Below are positions 50,668 to 62,617 of a stretch of DNA of 64,000 bases, piece after piece. The DNA comes from Escherichia coli (GTDB lineage: Bacteria > Pseudomonadota > Gammaproteobacteria > Enterobacterales > Enterobacteriaceae). A program made the position numbers and the translations under genes. The notes below the pieces were generated by a model. The model made no database searches. It had not been told where the DNA came from and was given only the letters and a program-made list of their open reading frames with translations. The DNA is taken from NCBI RefSeq assembly GCF_001677475.2, contig NZ_CP015229.1. One strand, written 5' to 3'. Position 1 is the stretch's first letter. Each line of letters starts with the position of its first letter.

Positions 50668-51319
50668 GCCACTCACCTGGGAAAACGCCTTCTTTGGTGT
50701 TAACAGCGCCATCGTGCGTATCACGCCTGAAGCACCGCTCCTGACGTCAGACGCCTTAGCGCCGTGGTCACGGGTGCAGGCCAAAATTGCGGCATCAAAT
50801 ACGGGTGAACTGGATGCCCTGCAACAGCTGGGATTCTCCCTGGTCGAAGGTGAAGTTGATTTGGCTCTACCCGTGAACAATGTCAGTGATAGTGGTGCAG
50901 TAGTGGCACAAGAGACCGATATTCCCGCATTACGTCAGTTAGCCAGCGCCGCATTTGCGCAAAGCCGTTTTCGTGCGCCATGGTATGCGCCTGACGCCAG
51001 CGGTCGCTTTTATGCACAGTGGATTGAAAATGCCGTGCGCGGCACCTTTGATCATCAATGTCTGATTTTACGTGCGGCGTCCGGCGCTATTCGCGGCTAT
51101 GTCTCTTTACGGGAACTCAATGCGACAGATGCGCGAATTGGCCTGCTGGCTGGACGCGGTGCAGGTGCTGAGCTGATGCAAACGGCGCTAAACTGGGCGT
51201 ATGCTCGCGGTAAAACAACTTTGCGGGTGGCGACCCAGATGGGCAACACCGCCGCGCTTAAACGATACATACAAAGTGGTGCGAATGTAGAAAGCACCGC
51301 GTACTGGTTATACAGGTGA
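50645..51319 (+). CDS. wecD: dTDP-fucosamine acetyltransferase WecD (RffC)
   Basis: 224-codon ORF from GTG 50645, overlapping the rffH 3' end by 23 nt; GNAT-like; start codon moderately uncertain. Confidence 0.85.
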   Translation: MPVRASIEPLTWENAFFGVNSAIVRITPEAPLLTSDALAPWSRVQAKIAASNTGELDALQQLGFSLVEGEVDLALPVNNVSDSGAVVAQETDIPALRQLASAAFAQSRFRAPWYAPDASGRFYAQWIENAVRGTFDHQCLILRAASGAIRGYVSLRELNATDARIGLLAGRGAGAELMQTALNWAYARGKTTLRVATQMGNTAALKRYIQSGANVESTAYWLYR

Positions 51320-51323
51320 TCAC

Positions 51324-52454
51324 ATGATTCCATTTAACGCACCGCCGGTGGTGGGAACCGAACTCGACTATATGCAGTCGGCAATGGGTAGCGGCAAACT
51401 GTGCGGCGATGGCGGTTTTACCCGTCGCTGCCAGCAGTGGCTGGAGCAACGTTTTGGCAGCGCCAAAGTGTTACTGACGCCATCCTGCACCGCTTCGCTG
51501 GAGATGGCGGCGCTGCTGCTCAATATCCAGCCTGGCGATGAAGTGATCATGCCGAGCTACACCTTTGTCTCCACCGCCAATGCCTTTGTGCTGCGTGGCG
51601 CAAAAATCGTTTTTGTGGATGTTCGCCCGGACACCATGAACATCGACGAAACGTTGATTGAAGCGGCGATCACCGACAAAACGCGCGTTATCGTGCCGGT
51701 CCATTACGCGGGTGTGGCCTGCGAAATGGACACCATTATGGCGTTGGCGAAAAAGCATAATTTGTTTGTGGTGGAAGATGCCGCTCAGGGCGTGATGTCC
51801 ACTTACAAAGGGCGTGCGCTTGGAACCATTGGTCATATTGGCTGCTTTAGCTTCCATGAAACCAAAAACTACACGGCGGGCGGTGAAGGCGGCGCGACGC
51901 TGATTAACGATAAAGCGTTGATCGAACGAGCCGAGATCATCCGTGAAAAAGGCACAAACCGCAGCCAGTTCTTCCGTGGTCAAGTCGATAAATATACCTG
52001 GCGCGATATCGGCTCCAGCTATTTGATGTCCGATCTGCAAGCTGCGTACCTGTGGGCGCAACTGGAAGCAGCGGATCGTATCAACCAGCAACGTCTGGCG
52101 CTGTGGCAAAACTACTACGATGCGTTAGCGCCTCTGGCGAAAGCCGGGCGTATCGAGCTGCCGTCGATTCCCGATGGCTGCGTGCAGAACGCGCATATGT
52201 TCTACATTAAACTGCGGGATATTGATGACCGGAGCGCGTTGATTAACTTTCTGAAAGAAGCGGAAATCATGGCGGTGTTCCATTACATTCCGCTGCACGG
52301 TTGTCCTGCGGGGGAACGCTTTGGTGAGTTCCACGGTGAAGATCGCTACACCACCAAAGAGAGCGAGCGCCTGCTGCGCCTGCCGCTGTTCTACAACCTG
52401 TCGCCCGTCAATCAGCGTACGGTAATTGCGACTTTATTGAACTACTTCTCCTGA
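51324..52454 (+). CDS. wecE: dTDP-4-amino-4,6-dideoxygalactose transaminase WecE (RffA)
   Basis: 376-aa MIPFNAPPVVGTELDYMQSAMGSGKLCGDGGFTRRCQQWLEQRFG (DegT-type aminotransferase). Confidence 0.94.
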   Translation: MIPFNAPPVVGTELDYMQSAMGSGKLCGDGGFTRRCQQWLEQRFGSAKVLLTPSCTASLEMAALLLNIQPGDEVIMPSYTFVSTANAFVLRGAKIVFVDVRPDTMNIDETLIEAAITDKTRVIVPVHYAGVACEMDTIMALAKKHNLFVVEDAAQGVMSTYKGRALGTIGHIGCFSFHETKNYTAGGEGGATLINDKALIERAEIIREKGTNRSQFFRGQVDKYTWRDIGSSYLMSDLQAAYLWAQLEAADRINQQRLALWQNYYDALAPLAKAGRIELPSIPDGCVQNAHMFYIKLRDIDDRSALINFLKEAEIMAVFHYIPLHGCPAGERFGEFHGEDRYTTKESERLLRLPLFYNLSPVNQRTVIATLLNYFS

Positions 52455-52455
52455 T

Positions 52456-53706
52456 ATGTCGTTGGCAAAAGCGTCCTTGTGGACGGCGGCCAGTACACTG
52501 GTCAAGATTGGTGCCGGGTTACTGGTCGGTAAGTTGCTGGCGGTGTCATTTGGTCCGGCGGGGCTTGGGCTGGCGGCAAATTTCCGCCAGTTGATTACCG
52601 TGCTCGGCGTGCTTGCCGGGGCTGGCATCTTTAACGGTGTAACCAAATACGTTGCCCAGTACCATGATAATCCGCAACAGCTGCGCCGCGTGGTCGGCAC
52701 TTCATCAGCGATGGTACTTGGTTTCTCTACGCTGATGGCGCTGGTTTTTGTGCTGGCGGCAGCCCCAATTAGCCAGGGATTGTTTGGTAATACCGACTAT
52801 CAGGGGCTGGTGCGTTTAGTGGCGTTGGTGCAAATGGGGATCGCCTGGGGCAACCTGTTACTGGCGTTGATGAAAGGCTTTCGCGATGCCGCAGGTAATG
52901 CGTTATCCCTGATTGTTGGCAGCCTGATTGGCGTTCTCGCGTACTACGTCAGTTACCGTTTGGGCGGTTATGAAGGGGCGTTGCTGGGGCTGGCGTTGAT
53001 TCCCGCGCTGGTGGTGATTCCTGCCGTCATCATGCTAATTAAGCGTGGTGCAATCCCGTTAAGCTATCTGAAACCCAGCTGGGATAACGGCCTGGCAGGG
53101 CAGTTGAGCAAATTTACGCTCATGGCGTTGATTACGTCGGTGACCTTGCCCGTTGCTTACATCATGATGCGTAAACTGCTGGCGGCGCAGTATAGCTGGG
53201 ATGAGGTGGGGATCTGGCAAGGGGTGAGCAGTATTTCCGATGCCTACCTGCAATTTATTACGGCATCGTTCAGCGTATATTTGCTGCCCACGTTGTCGCG
53301 GCTAACGGAAAAGCGCGATATCACCCGGGAAGTGGTTAAATCGCTGAAATTCGTCTTACCGGCAGTGGCGGCGGCGAGTTTTACCGTCTGGTTGCTGCGT
53401 GATTTTGCTATCTGGCTGCTGTTGTCGAATAAATTTACCGCTATGCGCGATCTCTTTGCCTGGCAGTTAGTGGGTGATGTGTTAAAAGTGGGCGCTTATG
53501 TCTTTGGTTATCTGGTGATCGCCAAAGCGTCACTGCAGTTTTATATTCTGGCGGAAGTCAGCCAGTTCACTTTATTGATGGTATTTGCCCACTGGCTAAT
53601 CCCTGCGCATGGTGCACTGGGCGCGGCGCAGGCCTATATGGCAACCTATATCGTCTATTTTTCTCTTTGTTGTGGCGTGTTTTTACTCTGGCGTAGGCGG
53701 GCATGA
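52456..53706 (+). CDS. wzxE: ECA lipid III flippase WzxE
   Basis: 416-aa polytopic membrane [39 protein letters not shown]. Confidence 0.93.
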   Translation: MSLAKASLWTAASTLVKIGAGLLVGKLLAVSFGPAGLGLAANFRQLITVLGVLAGAGIFNGVTKYVAQYHDNPQQLRRVVGTSSAMVLGFSTLMALVFVLAAAPISQGLFGNTDYQGLVRLVALVQMGIAWGNLLLALMKGFRDAAGNALSLIVGSLIGVLAYYVSYRLGGYEGALLGLALIPALVVIPAVIMLIKRGAIPLSYLKPSWDNGLAGQLSKFTLMALITSVTLPVAYIMMRKLLAAQYSWDEVGIWQGVSSISDAYLQFITASFSVYLLPTLSRLTEKRDITREVVKSLKFVLPAVAAASFTVWLLRDFAIWLLLSNKFTAMRDLFAWQLVGDVLKVGAYVFGYLVIAKASLQFYILAEVSQFTLLMVFAHWLIPAHGALGAAQAYMATYIVYFSLCCGVFLLWRRRA

Positions 53707-54782
53707 CTGTACTGATTCACGTACTGGGATCGGATATCCCTCACCATAACCGAACCGTTTTGCGGTTTTTCAATGACGCGCTGGCCGCGACGAGCGAGCA
53801 CGCGCGCGAGTTTATGGTTGTTGGCAAGGACGACGGCTTAAGTGATAGCTGTCCGGCGCTTTCTGTGCAATTTTTCCCTGGGAAAAAATCGCTGGCGGAA
53901 GCGGTCATCGCGAAAGCAAAAGCTAACCGTCAGCAGCGATTTTTTTTCCACGGTCAGTTCAATCCCACACTGTGGCTGGCTCTGCTGAGTGGTGGCATTA
54001 AGCCCAGCCAGTTTTTCTGGCATATCTGGGGGGCAGACCTGTATGAGCTTTCCAGTGGCTTGAGATATAAGCTTTTTTACCCACTACGTCGCCTGGCGCA
54101 AAAGCGAGTCGGCTGTGTATTTGCCACCCGCGGTGATTTGAGCTTTTTTGCCAAAATGCATCCAAAGGTGCGGGGCGAACTGCTGTACTTCCCGACGCGG
54201 ATGGACCCTTCTCTCAATACGATGGCGAACGATCGGCAACGTGAAGGGAAAATGACCATTCTGGTGGGGAACTCCGGTGACCGCAGCAATGAACATATTG
54301 CTGCCTTGCGCGCCGTTTATCAGCAATTTGGCGATACGGTAAAAGTGGTGGTGCCGATGGGATATCCGCCTAATAACGAAGCGTACATCGAGGAAGTTCG
54401 TCAGGCGGGGCTGGAGTTATTCAGCGAAGAAAATCTGCAAGTTCTGAGCGAAAAACTGGAATTTGACGCCTATCTGACGCTACTTCGCCAGTGCGATCTC
54501 GGCTACTTTATTTTTGCCCGCCAGCAGGGCATTGGTACGCTTTGCTTACTGATTCAGGCGGGCATTCCTTGTGTGCTTAACCGGGAAAATCCGTTCTGGC
54601 AGGATATGACGGAACAGCATTTACCGGTGCTGTTTACTACCGACGATCTCAACGAGGATATTGTGCGTGAAGCGCAGCGCCAGTTGGCGTCGGTGGATAA
54701 AAACACCATTGCCTTCTTTAGCCCGAACTATCTGCAAGGCTGGCAGCGGGCGTTGGCTATTGCCGCCGGGGAGGTTGCATGA
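53703..54782 (+). CDS. wecF: TDP-Fuc4NAc:lipid II Fuc4NAc transferase WecF (RffT)
   Basis: 359-aa [45 protein letters not shown]; ATGA overlap with wzxE. Confidence 0.93.
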
Positions 54783-56131
54783 GTCTGCTGCAATTCAGTG
54801 GCCTGTTTGTTGTCTGGCTGCTCTGCACGCTGTTTATTGCCACGCTGACCTGGTTTGAGTTTCGCCGTGTGCGCTTTAACTTCAATGTCTTCTTTTCATT
54901 GCTGTTTTTGCTCACCTTTTTCTTCGGCTTCCCGCTGACCAGCGTGCTGGTATTTCGCTTTGATGTTGGTGTCGCGCCGCCAGAAATCTTGTTGCAGGCG
55001 TTGCTTTCTGCGGGCTGTTTCTACGCGGTTTACTATGTCACCTACAAAACCCGCCTACGCAAACGCGTTGCTGATGTACCGCGCCGTCCGCTGTTTACCA
55101 TGAACCGCGTGGAGACCAATCTTACGTGGGTGATCCTGATGGGCATCGCGCTGGTAAGCGTCGGCATCTTCTTCATGCACAACGGCTTTTTGCTGTTCCG
55201 GCTTAACTCCTACAGTCAGATCTTCTCCAGTGAAGTCTCCGGCGTGGCGTTAAAACGCTTCTTTTACTTTTTCATCCCGGCGATGCTGGTGGTCTACTTT
55301 CTGCGCCAGGACAGCAAAGCGTGGCTGTTTTTCCTCGTCAGCACGGTCGCTTTTGGCTTGCTGACTTATATGATTGTCGGCGGCACTCGCGCCAATATCA
55401 TCATCGCATTCGCTATCTTCCTGTTTATTGGCATTATTCGCGGCTGGATTTCGTTGTGGATGCTGGCGGCGGCGGGCGTGCTGGGGATTGTTGGCATGTT
55501 CTGGCTGGCTCTAAAACGCTATGGAATGAATGTGAGCGGCGATGAAGCGTTCTATACGTTTCTCTATCTCACTCGCGACACCTTCTCGCCGTGGGAGAAT
55601 CTGGCGTTGCTGTTGCAGAACTACGACAACATCGACTTCCAGGGCCTGGCTCCAATTGTCCGCGATTTCTATGTCTTTATCCCTTCCTGGCTGTGGCCGG
55701 GTCGCCCGAGTATGGTGCTGAACTCAGCCAACTACTTTACCTGGGAAGTGCTGAATAACCACTCCGGACTGGCGATCTCGCCTACGCTTATAGGCTCACT
55801 GGTGGTGATGGGCGGCGCGTTGTTCATCCCGCTCGGGGCGATTGTGGTTGGACTGATCATCAAATGGTTCGACTGGCTGTATGAGCTGGGCAACCGCGAG
55901 ACTAATCGCTATAAGGCTGCGATATTGCACAGTTTCTGCTTTGGGGCGATCTTCAATATGATCGTGCTGGCACGTGAAGGGCTGGATTCGTTTGTCTCAC
56001 GCGTAGTCTTTTTTATCGTGGTCTTCGGCGCATGTCTGATGATCGCAAAACTGTTGTACTGGCTTTTTGAAAGCGCCGGACTCATTCATAAACGTACAAA
56101 ATCATCGCTCCGGACGCAGGTTGAAGGATAA
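54779..56131 (+). CDS. wzyE: ECA polymerase WzyE
   Basis: 450-aa polytopic membrane [56 protein letters not shown]; ATGA overlap with wecF. Confidence 0.93.
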
Positions 56132-56133
56132 CA

Positions 56134-56874
56134 ATGAATAACAACACCACGGCACCGACCTATACGCTGCGTGGCTTACAGTTGATTGGTTGGCGTGATA
56201 TGCAGCACGCCCTTGATTATCTGTTTGCTGACGGGCAGCTTAAGCAGGGAACGCTGGTTGCCATTAATGCTGAAAAAATGCTGACCATTGAAGATAACGC
56301 CGAGGTCAGGGAGTTAATTAACGCTGCCGAATTTAAATATGCGGATGGCATCAGCGTTGTACGTTCAGTACGTAAAAAGTACCCGCAGGCGCAGGTTTCC
56401 CGCGTTGCCGGTGCCGATCTCTGGGAAGAGCTGATGGCGCGCGCAGGCAAAGAAGGGACGCCGGTATTTCTTGTGGGCGGTAAACCTGAAGTGCTGGCGC
56501 AAACTGAAGCTAAACTACGCAACCAGTGGAATGTGAATATCGTTGGCAGTCAGGATGGTTATTTTAAACCCGAGCAGCGTCAGGCGCTGTTTGAACGAAT
56601 TCATGCCAGTGGAGCGCAAATCGTCACCGTTGCGATGGGATCGCCAAAGCAGGAGATCTTCATGCGCGACTGCCGTCTGGTGCATCCAGATGCGCTGTAT
56701 ATGGGTGTTGGCGGGACTTACGATGTTTTCACCGGTCACGTAAAACGCGCACCGAAAATCTGGCAAACGCTGGGACTGGAGTGGCTCTACCGCCTGCTTT
56801 CGCAGCCGAGCCGCATTAAGCGTCAGCTTCGTTTGCTGCGTTATTTACGCTGGCACTACACCGGCAACCTCTGA
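56134..56874 (+). CDS. wecG: UDP-ManNAcA transferase WecG (RffM)
   Basis: 246-aa [49 protein letters not shown]. Confidence 0.94.
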
Positions 56875-56892
56875 TTTTCCTCTCTTTGTAAA

Positions 56893-56930
56893 GCGACGGA
56901 GTGGTCACTCCGTCGCCTGTCTGCTTTTTT
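56893..56930 (+). terminator. Intrinsic terminator at the end of the ECA (wec) operon
   Basis: 11-bp stem GCGACGGAGTG / CACTCCGTCGC with 2-nt loop, T-run (TTTTTT) a few nt downstream. Confidence 0.65.
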
Positions 56931-57064
56931 ATTACACAAAGCATTCAAATTTTTAATGCTTTATTTGCCATTTCTCCTGAATTACGAAAACATTCGCAAC
57001 ACTCGATGTACCCATAACGATAACCGGTAACACCGGAAAGCATGCAAACACAACACGAGGATTT

Positions 57065-58450
57065 ATGGCAGATAACAAACCAGAGCTACAGCGTGGGCTG
57101 GAAGCTCGACATATCGAACTCATCGCCCTGGGGGGCACCATTGGCGTCGGCCTGTTTATGGGGGCCGCCAGTACCCTGAAATGGGCCGGGCCATCCGTAT
57201 TGTTGGCCTATATCATCGCCGGGCTGTTCGTCTTTTTCATCATGCGTTCAATGGGTGAAATGTTGTTCCTCGAACCGGTTACCGGTTCGTTCGCCGTTTA
57301 TGCGCATCGTTATATGAGCCCGTTCTTTGGCTATCTCACCGCCTGGTCTTACTGGTTTATGTGGATGGCGGTGGGGATCTCTGAAATCACCGCCATTGGC
57401 GTTTATGTCCAGTTCTGGTTCCCGGAGATGGCGCAGTGGATACCTGCATTGATCGCGGTGGCGCTGGTGGCGTTGGCGAATCTGGCGGCGGTGCGGTTGT
57501 ACGGCGAAATCGAGTTCTGGTTCGCGATGATCAAAGTCACCACGATTATCGTGATGATTGTCATTGGCCTGGGCGTGATTTTCTTTGGCTTTGGCAATGG
57601 CGGGCAGTCGATTGGTTTTAGCAATCTCACAGAGCATGGCGGTTTTTTTGCGGGTGGCTGGAAAGGGTTCCTGACCGCATTGTGTATTGTGGTAGCGTCC
57701 TACCAGGGTGTGGAGCTGATTGGCATCACCGCTGGTGAAGCGAAGAATCCGCAGGTGACGCTGCGCAGTGCCGTAGGCAAGGTGCTGTGGCGGATCCTGA
57801 TTTTCTACGTAGGCGCGATTTTCGTTATCGTCACCATCTTCCCGTGGAATGAAATAGGCAGCAACGGCAGCCCGTTCGTACTGACTTTTGCCAAAATCGG
57901 TATTACCGCAGCGGCGGGCATTATCAACTTTGTGGTGCTGACGGCTGCGCTCTCTGGCTGTAACAGCGGCATGTACAGTTGCGGACGTATGCTCTACGCA
58001 CTGGCGAAAAACCGTCAGTTACCGGCGGCGATGGCGAAAGTTTCCCGTCACGGCGTACCAGTTGCGGGTGTGGCAGTATCTATTGCTATTCTGCTAATTG
58101 GCTCATGCCTGAACTACATCATTCCCAATCCGCAGCGTGTGTTTGTCTACGTCTACAGTGCCAGCGTGCTTCCGGGGATGGTGCCATGGTTTGTGATATT
58201 GATAAGCCAGCTGCGTTTTCGGCGAGCACATAAAGCGGCGATTGCCAGCCATCCGTTCCGCTCAATCCTGTTCCCGTGGGCCAACTACGTAACAATGGCA
58301 TTCCTGATTTGCGTTTTGATCGGCATGTACTTTAATGAAGATACGCGTATGTCGCTGTTTGTCGGCATCATCTTTATGCTGGCGGTGACGGCGATTTATA
58401 AAGTTTTTGGCCTTAATCGCCACGGTAAAGTGCATGAACTGGAGGAATAA
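57065..58450 (+). CDS. yifK: APC-family amino acid permease YifK
   Basis: 461-aa [68 protein letters not shown]. Confidence 0.93.
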   Translation: MADNKPELQRGLEARHIELIALGGTIGVGLFMGAASTLKWAGPSVLLAYIIAGLFVFFIMRSMGEMLFLEPVTGSFAVYAHRYMSPFFGYLTAWSYWFMWMAVGISEITAIGVYVQFWFPEMAQWIPALIAVALVALANLAAVRLYGEIEFWFAMIKVTTIIVMIVIGLGVIFFGFGNGGQSIGFSNLTEHGGFFAGGWKGFLTALCIVVASYQGVELIGITAGEAKNPQVTLRSAVGKVLWRILIFYVGAIFVIVTIFPWNEIGSNGSPFVLTFAKIGITAAAGIINFVVLTAALSGCNSGMYSCGRMLYALAKNRQLPAAMAKVSRHGVPVAGVAVSIAILLIGSCLNYIIPNPQRVFVYVYSASVLPGMVPWFVILISQLRFRRAHKAAIASHPFRSILFPWANYVTMAFLICVLIGMYFNEDTRMSLFVGIIFMLAVTAIYKVFGLNRHGKVHELEE

Positions 58451-58552
58451 TCAGCAAAACGCACAAACCGTAACCAAACGCGCAATTTATTTAAAAAGGG
58501 ACTAGACAGAGGGGGGGGAAGTCCGTATTATCCACCCCCGCAACGGCGCTAA

Positions 58553-58629
<77 letters not shown>

Positions 58630-58686
58630 TTTAGTCCCGGCGCTTGAGCTGCGGTGGTAGTAATGCCGCGTAACAAGATTTGTAGT

Positions 58687-58763
58687 GGTGGCTATAGCTC
58701 AGTTGGTAGAGCCCTGGATTGTGATTCCAGTTGTCGTGGGTTCGAATCCCATTAGCCACCCCA
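58687..58763 (+). tRNA. hisR: tRNA-His (GUG), including the extra 5' G(-1)
   Basis: GGTGGCTATAGCTCAGTTGGTAGAGCCCTGGATTGTGATTCCAGTTGTCGTGGGTTCGAATCCCATTAGCCACCCCA, 77 nt. Confidence 0.95.
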
Positions 58764-58783
58764 TTATTAGAAGTTGTGACAAT

Positions 58784-58870
58784 GCGAAGGTGGCGGAATT
58801 GGTAGACGCGCTAGCTTCAGGTGTTAGTGTCCTTACGGACGTGGGGGTTCAAGTCCCCCCCCTCGCACCA
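58784..58870 (+). tRNA. leuT: tRNA-Leu (CAG)
   Basis: GCGAAGGTGGCGGAATTGGTAGACGCGCTAGCTTCAGGTGTTAGTGTCCTTACGGACGTGGGGGTTCAAGTCCCCCCCCTCGCACCA, 87 nt with long variable arm. Confidence 0.95.
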
Positions 58871-58912
58871 CGACTTTAAAGAATTGAACTAAAAATTCAA
58901 AAAGCAGTATTT

Positions 58913-58989
58913 CGGCGAGTAGCGCAGCTTGGTAGCGCAACTGGTTTGGGACCAGTGGGTCGGAGGTTCGAATCCTCTCTCGCCGACCA
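58913..58989 (+). tRNA. proM: tRNA-Pro (UGG)
   Basis: CGGCGAGTAGCGCAGCTTGGTAGCGCAACTGGTTTGGGACCAGTGGGTCGGAGGTTCGAATCCTCTCTCGCCGACCA, 77 nt. Confidence 0.95.
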
Positions 58990-58993
58990 ATTT

Positions 58994-59023
58994 TGAACCC
59001 CGCTTCGGCGGGGTTTTTTGTTT
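58994..59023 (+). terminator. Intrinsic terminator of the argX-hisR-leuT-proM operon
   Basis: GAACCCCGC-TTCG-GCGGGGTT hairpin followed by TTTTTGTTTT. Confidence 0.85.
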
Positions 59024-59135
59024 TCTGTGCATTTCGTCACTCTCCCTTCGCAATAAACGCCCGTAATAACTCATTGCCCCACGGTATGATTTCGCCCCTA
59101 ACGTATTGAAGGATGACTTCAGGCAAGGAGCGACC

Positions 59136-60371
59136 ATGCTGCAACAGGTTCCAACGCGTGCTTTTCATGTGATGGCAAAACCGAGCGGTTCCGATTGTAA
59201 TCTGAACTGTGACTACTGTTTTTATCTCGAAAAACAATCCATTTACCGCGAAAAGCCAGTCATGCATATGGACGATGACACGCTGGAAGCGTATGTCCGT
59301 CACTATATCGCTGCCAGCGAAACCCAAAACGAAGTGGCTTTTACCTGGCAGGGTGGCGAACCAACGTTACTCGGGCTGGATTTTTACCGCCGTGCCTTGG
59401 TACTACAGGCGAAATATGGTGCTGGCAGGAAGATAAGTAACAGCTTCCAGACTAACGGCGTTCTGCTTGATGACGAATGGTGTGCATTTCTGGCAGAAAA
59501 TCATTTTCTTGTTGGGTTATCGCTGGATGGTCCGGCTGAGATCCACAATCAATATCGCGTGACCAAAGGCGGCAGACCAACGCATAAGCTGGTGATGCGT
59601 GCCCTGACGCTCCTGCAAAAACATCATGTCGACTATAACGTGCTGGTCTGCGTAAATCGCACCAGCGCGCAGCAACCGTTGCAGGTTTATGATTTTTTGT
59701 GCGATGCGGGAGTCGAATTCATCCAGTTTATTCCGGTGGTCGAGCGCCTGGCTGATGAAACAGCTGCCCGCGATGGACTGAAACTACATGCGCCTGGTGA
59801 TATTCAGGGGGAACTGACGGAATGGTCGGTGCGCCCCGATGAATTTGGTGAATTTCTGGTAGCGATTTTCGACCACTGGATCAAACGCGACGTCGGCAAG
59901 ATTTTCGTGATGAATATCGAATGGGCGTTTGCCAATTTTGTCGGTGCGCCGGGTGCGGTTTGCCATCATCAGCCAACCTGTGGGCGCTCGGTGATTGTTG
60001 AGCACAACGGCGACGTTTACGCCTGCGATCACTATGTTTATCCGCAATATCGACTGGGGAATATGCATCGGCAAACAATTGCAGAAATGATCGATTCCCC
60101 GCAACAGCAGGTGTTTGGTGAAGATAAATTTAAGCAATTACCGGCGCAGTGTCGCAGTTGTAACGTGTTAAAAGCGTGCTGGGGAGGTTGCCCGAAACAC
60201 CGCTTCATGCTCGATGCCAGCGGCAAACCGGGACTGAATTATTTGTGTGCCGGGTATCAGCGTTATTTCCGCCATCTACCGCCATATCTTAAAGCAATGG
60301 CTGATTTGCTGGCGCACGGTCGCCCGGCCAGCGACATTATGCAGGTACATTTGCTGGTGGTGAGTAAGTAG
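59136..60371 (+). CDS. aslB: Anaerobic sulfatase-maturating enzyme homolog AslB (radical SAM)
   Basis: 411-aa MLQQVPTRAFHVMAKPSGSDCNLNCDYCFYLEKQ (CxxxCxxC) from ATG 59136, AAGGAG 6 nt upstream; ORF-track TTG extension rejected. Confidence 0.92.
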   Translation: MLQQVPTRAFHVMAKPSGSDCNLNCDYCFYLEKQSIYREKPVMHMDDDTLEAYVRHYIAASETQNEVAFTWQGGEPTLLGLDFYRRALVLQAKYGAGRKISNSFQTNGVLLDDEWCAFLAENHFLVGLSLDGPAEIHNQYRVTKGGRPTHKLVMRALTLLQKHHVDYNVLVCVNRTSAQQPLQVYDFLCDAGVEFIQFIPVVERLADETAARDGLKLHAPGDIQGELTEWSVRPDEFGEFLVAIFDHWIKRDVGKIFVMNIEWAFANFVGAPGAVCHHQPTCGRSVIVEHNGDVYACDHYVYPQYRLGNMHRQTIAEMIDSPQQQVFGEDKFKQLPAQCRSCNVLKACWGGCPKHRFMLDASGKPGLNYLCAGYQRYFRHLPPYLKAMADLLAHGRPASDIMQVHLLVVSK

Positions 60372-60396
60372 AAATCGGCGGCCGCCTGCGGTTGAT

Positions 60397-60503
60397 TGCC
60401 GGATGCGATGCTGACCGCATCTTATCCGGCCTACAGAACGTTACAATTTATTGAATTTGCAAGGCTTGTAGGCCGGATAAGGCGTTCACGCCGCATCCGG
60501 CAA
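60397..60503. repeat. REP (repetitive extragenic palindrome) pair between convergent aslB and aslA
   Basis: TGCCGGATGCGATGCTGACCGCATCTTATCCGGCCTACA and inverted copy TGTAGGCCGGATAAGGCGTTCACGCCGCATCCGGCA; classic REP consensus. Confidence 0.85.
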
Positions 60504-60537
60504 GGTCAGTGTGGCCCGATGTAGCGATATCGCCGGC

Positions 60538-62193
60538 TTAATCAGATTTAATCTGCGCGCGTGGTGGATATTTTTTCAGGATCTCCATATATGCGTGCAT
60601 TTCGGTCTGTAGCGGTACACCCATCGGAATATGGCGCACGCCGATAGAGTCTCTTTCCTGCGGATCGGTGTACAGGTTAAACACCGACGATCCCGCCGTT
60701 TGCATTACTGTGCCGGTGAACCCACCCTGATACCCGCTCTGGGTATAAGCGTAAGGTTGCTGAATCAGGACGTGATACTTGAACTCATCCATACGCACAG
60801 CAGCGAGTTTACCGTTGAGGAAGTAGTGCTCGGCCTTACGGTTAGACTGACCATTTGTTCCCAGGAAGAAAGAAGCCTGGTCCACACCATCGATAAATGT
60901 GGTTTTCGGCACTAAATTCGCCACTTTCGCTCCAGGATGCCCTGCCAGATCCAGCGCGGTAGGGAAGAGATCTGCCAGATCGACAATACCGTCAGATTTA
61001 CGCGGTTGGATCATGCCTTTCCAGTAAACGAAGGTTGGCACACGAACGCCGCCTTCCCATGTAGAACCTTTCGCACCGCGGAACGGGGTGCGACCGTGCG
61101 GCGGAACTTCGGCTTCCGGACCGTTATCAGAGGTGAACACAATCAGCGTGTTATCAAGCTGACCGTTTTTCTCCAGTGCTTTATACAGATTGGCGAAGAT
61201 TTCGTTCATCTCCACCATGCAGTCGCCGTAAGAGGTGCGCGCCGGAGAGCTACCCGCATATTTCGCATTTGGGTAGTTATCGAAGTGACAGCCGCGAGTG
61301 CCGTAGTAGAGGAAGAAAGGCTTATCGCTCTTCGCCATCTTGTCGAGGAACTTAACGCCATATTCCATCCAGCGTTGATCCAGGTCTTCCATATATTTCG
61401 GCGTAATGTCGGCAATGGCCTCCTGTTCACCGCCGCGCACGGCATGAACGTCATCTTTGCTGAATGGCAGTTTTTGGATGTATTCAGAACGATCCGGGCT
61501 CAGGGCGACTTCCGGGTTGACATGAACATCACGCCATTCGGTATACATATCGGACACCGAGTTAAAGCCGCGGAAATCATCAAAGCCAACGTTCTGCGGC
61601 TGCGACTCTTTGTTTTCCCCCATATGCCATTTCCCGATGGCCTGGGTGACGTAACCCTGATCGTGCAGCAGTTGCGGCAGCGTGGTTAACCCTTGCAGCC
61701 CGCCCGGTTGCCCGTACATTGGCGGCATCAGAATGCCGTGGTGGATGGAGTATTGTCCGGTGAGAATGGTGGCGCGGGTTGGGGAAGAGCTTGGTTGAGA
61801 ATACGCCGAAGTTAAAATCAGCCCCTGGCTGGCAACGGCGTCGATATCTGGTGTAGGGTTACCCACTGCCACGCCGCCGCCGTTAAAGCCGACGTCCATC
61901 CAGCCCACATCATCCAGCAGGAAGATAACCACATTGGGCTTCTTACCGGTTTTTTTCTCAAGTTCTGCCAGCTTGTGCTGGGTTTCTTTATCCTGCGCCG
62001 GATGCTGCATTACTGGCATCATGTTGTCGGCAATAGTGGTCGCCGGTTTAACCAGATACTGGTTTGGGTGATCGTATCCGGAAAAGCCTTTGCGTGCGGT
62101 GGCAGTTGACGGGGTATCTGCTGCGCTGGCCATGAGAGGAAGAGCGGCGGCGACAGCAACAACAAGAAGTTTGGGTGAAAACGAAAATTCCAT
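60538..62193 (-). CDS. aslA: Arylsulfatase-like protein AslA (secreted; signal peptide)
   Basis: 551-aa [31 protein letters not shown], sulfatase motifs ([19 protein letters not shown] region). Confidence 0.93.
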   Translation of the reverse strand: MEFSFSPKLLVVAVAAALPLMASAADTPSTATARKGFSGYDHPNQYLVKPATTIADNMMPVMQHPAQDKETQHKLAELEKKTGKKPNVVIFLLDDVGWMDVGFNGGGVAVGNPTPDIDAVASQGLILTSAYSQPSSSPTRATILTGQYSIHHGILMPPMYGQPGGLQGLTTLPQLLHDQGYVTQAIGKWHMGENKESQPQNVGFDDFRGFNSVSDMYTEWRDVHVNPEVALSPDRSEYIQKLPFSKDDVHAVRGGEQEAIADITPKYMEDLDQRWMEYGVKFLDKMAKSDKPFFLYYGTRGCHFDNYPNAKYAGSSPARTSYGDCMVEMNEIFANLYKALEKNGQLDNTLIVFTSDNGPEAEVPPHGRTPFRGAKGSTWEGGVRVPTFVYWKGMIQPRKSDGIVDLADLFPTALDLAGHPGAKVANLVPKTTFIDGVDQASFFLGTNGQSNRKAEHYFLNGKLAAVRMDEFKYHVLIQQPYAYTQSGYQGGFTGTVMQTAGSSVFNLYTDPQERDSIGVRHIPMGVPLQTEMHAYMEILKKYPPRAQIKSD

Positions 62194-62617
62194 GCAAAAT
62201 GCTCCGGTTTCATGTCATCAAAATGATGACGTAATTAAGCATTGATAATTGAGATCCCTCTCCCTGACAGGATGATTACATAAATAATAGTGACAAAAAT
62301 AAATTATTTATTTATCCAGAAAATGCATTGGAAAATCAGGAGAGCGTTTTCAATCCTACCTCTGGCGCAGTTGATATGTAAGGCAGGTTTATTATATCGC
62401 GTTGATTATTGATGCTGTTTTTAGTTTTAACGGCAATTAATATATGTGTTATTAATTGAATAAATTTTATCATTCATAATAAGTATGTGTAGAATCAAGC
62501 TCAGGGTAAATATTCACTCAGGAAGTTATTACTCAGGAAGCAAAGAGGATTACAGAATTATCTCATAACAAGTGTTAAGGGATGTTATTTCCCGATTCTC
62601 TGTGGCATAATAAACGA

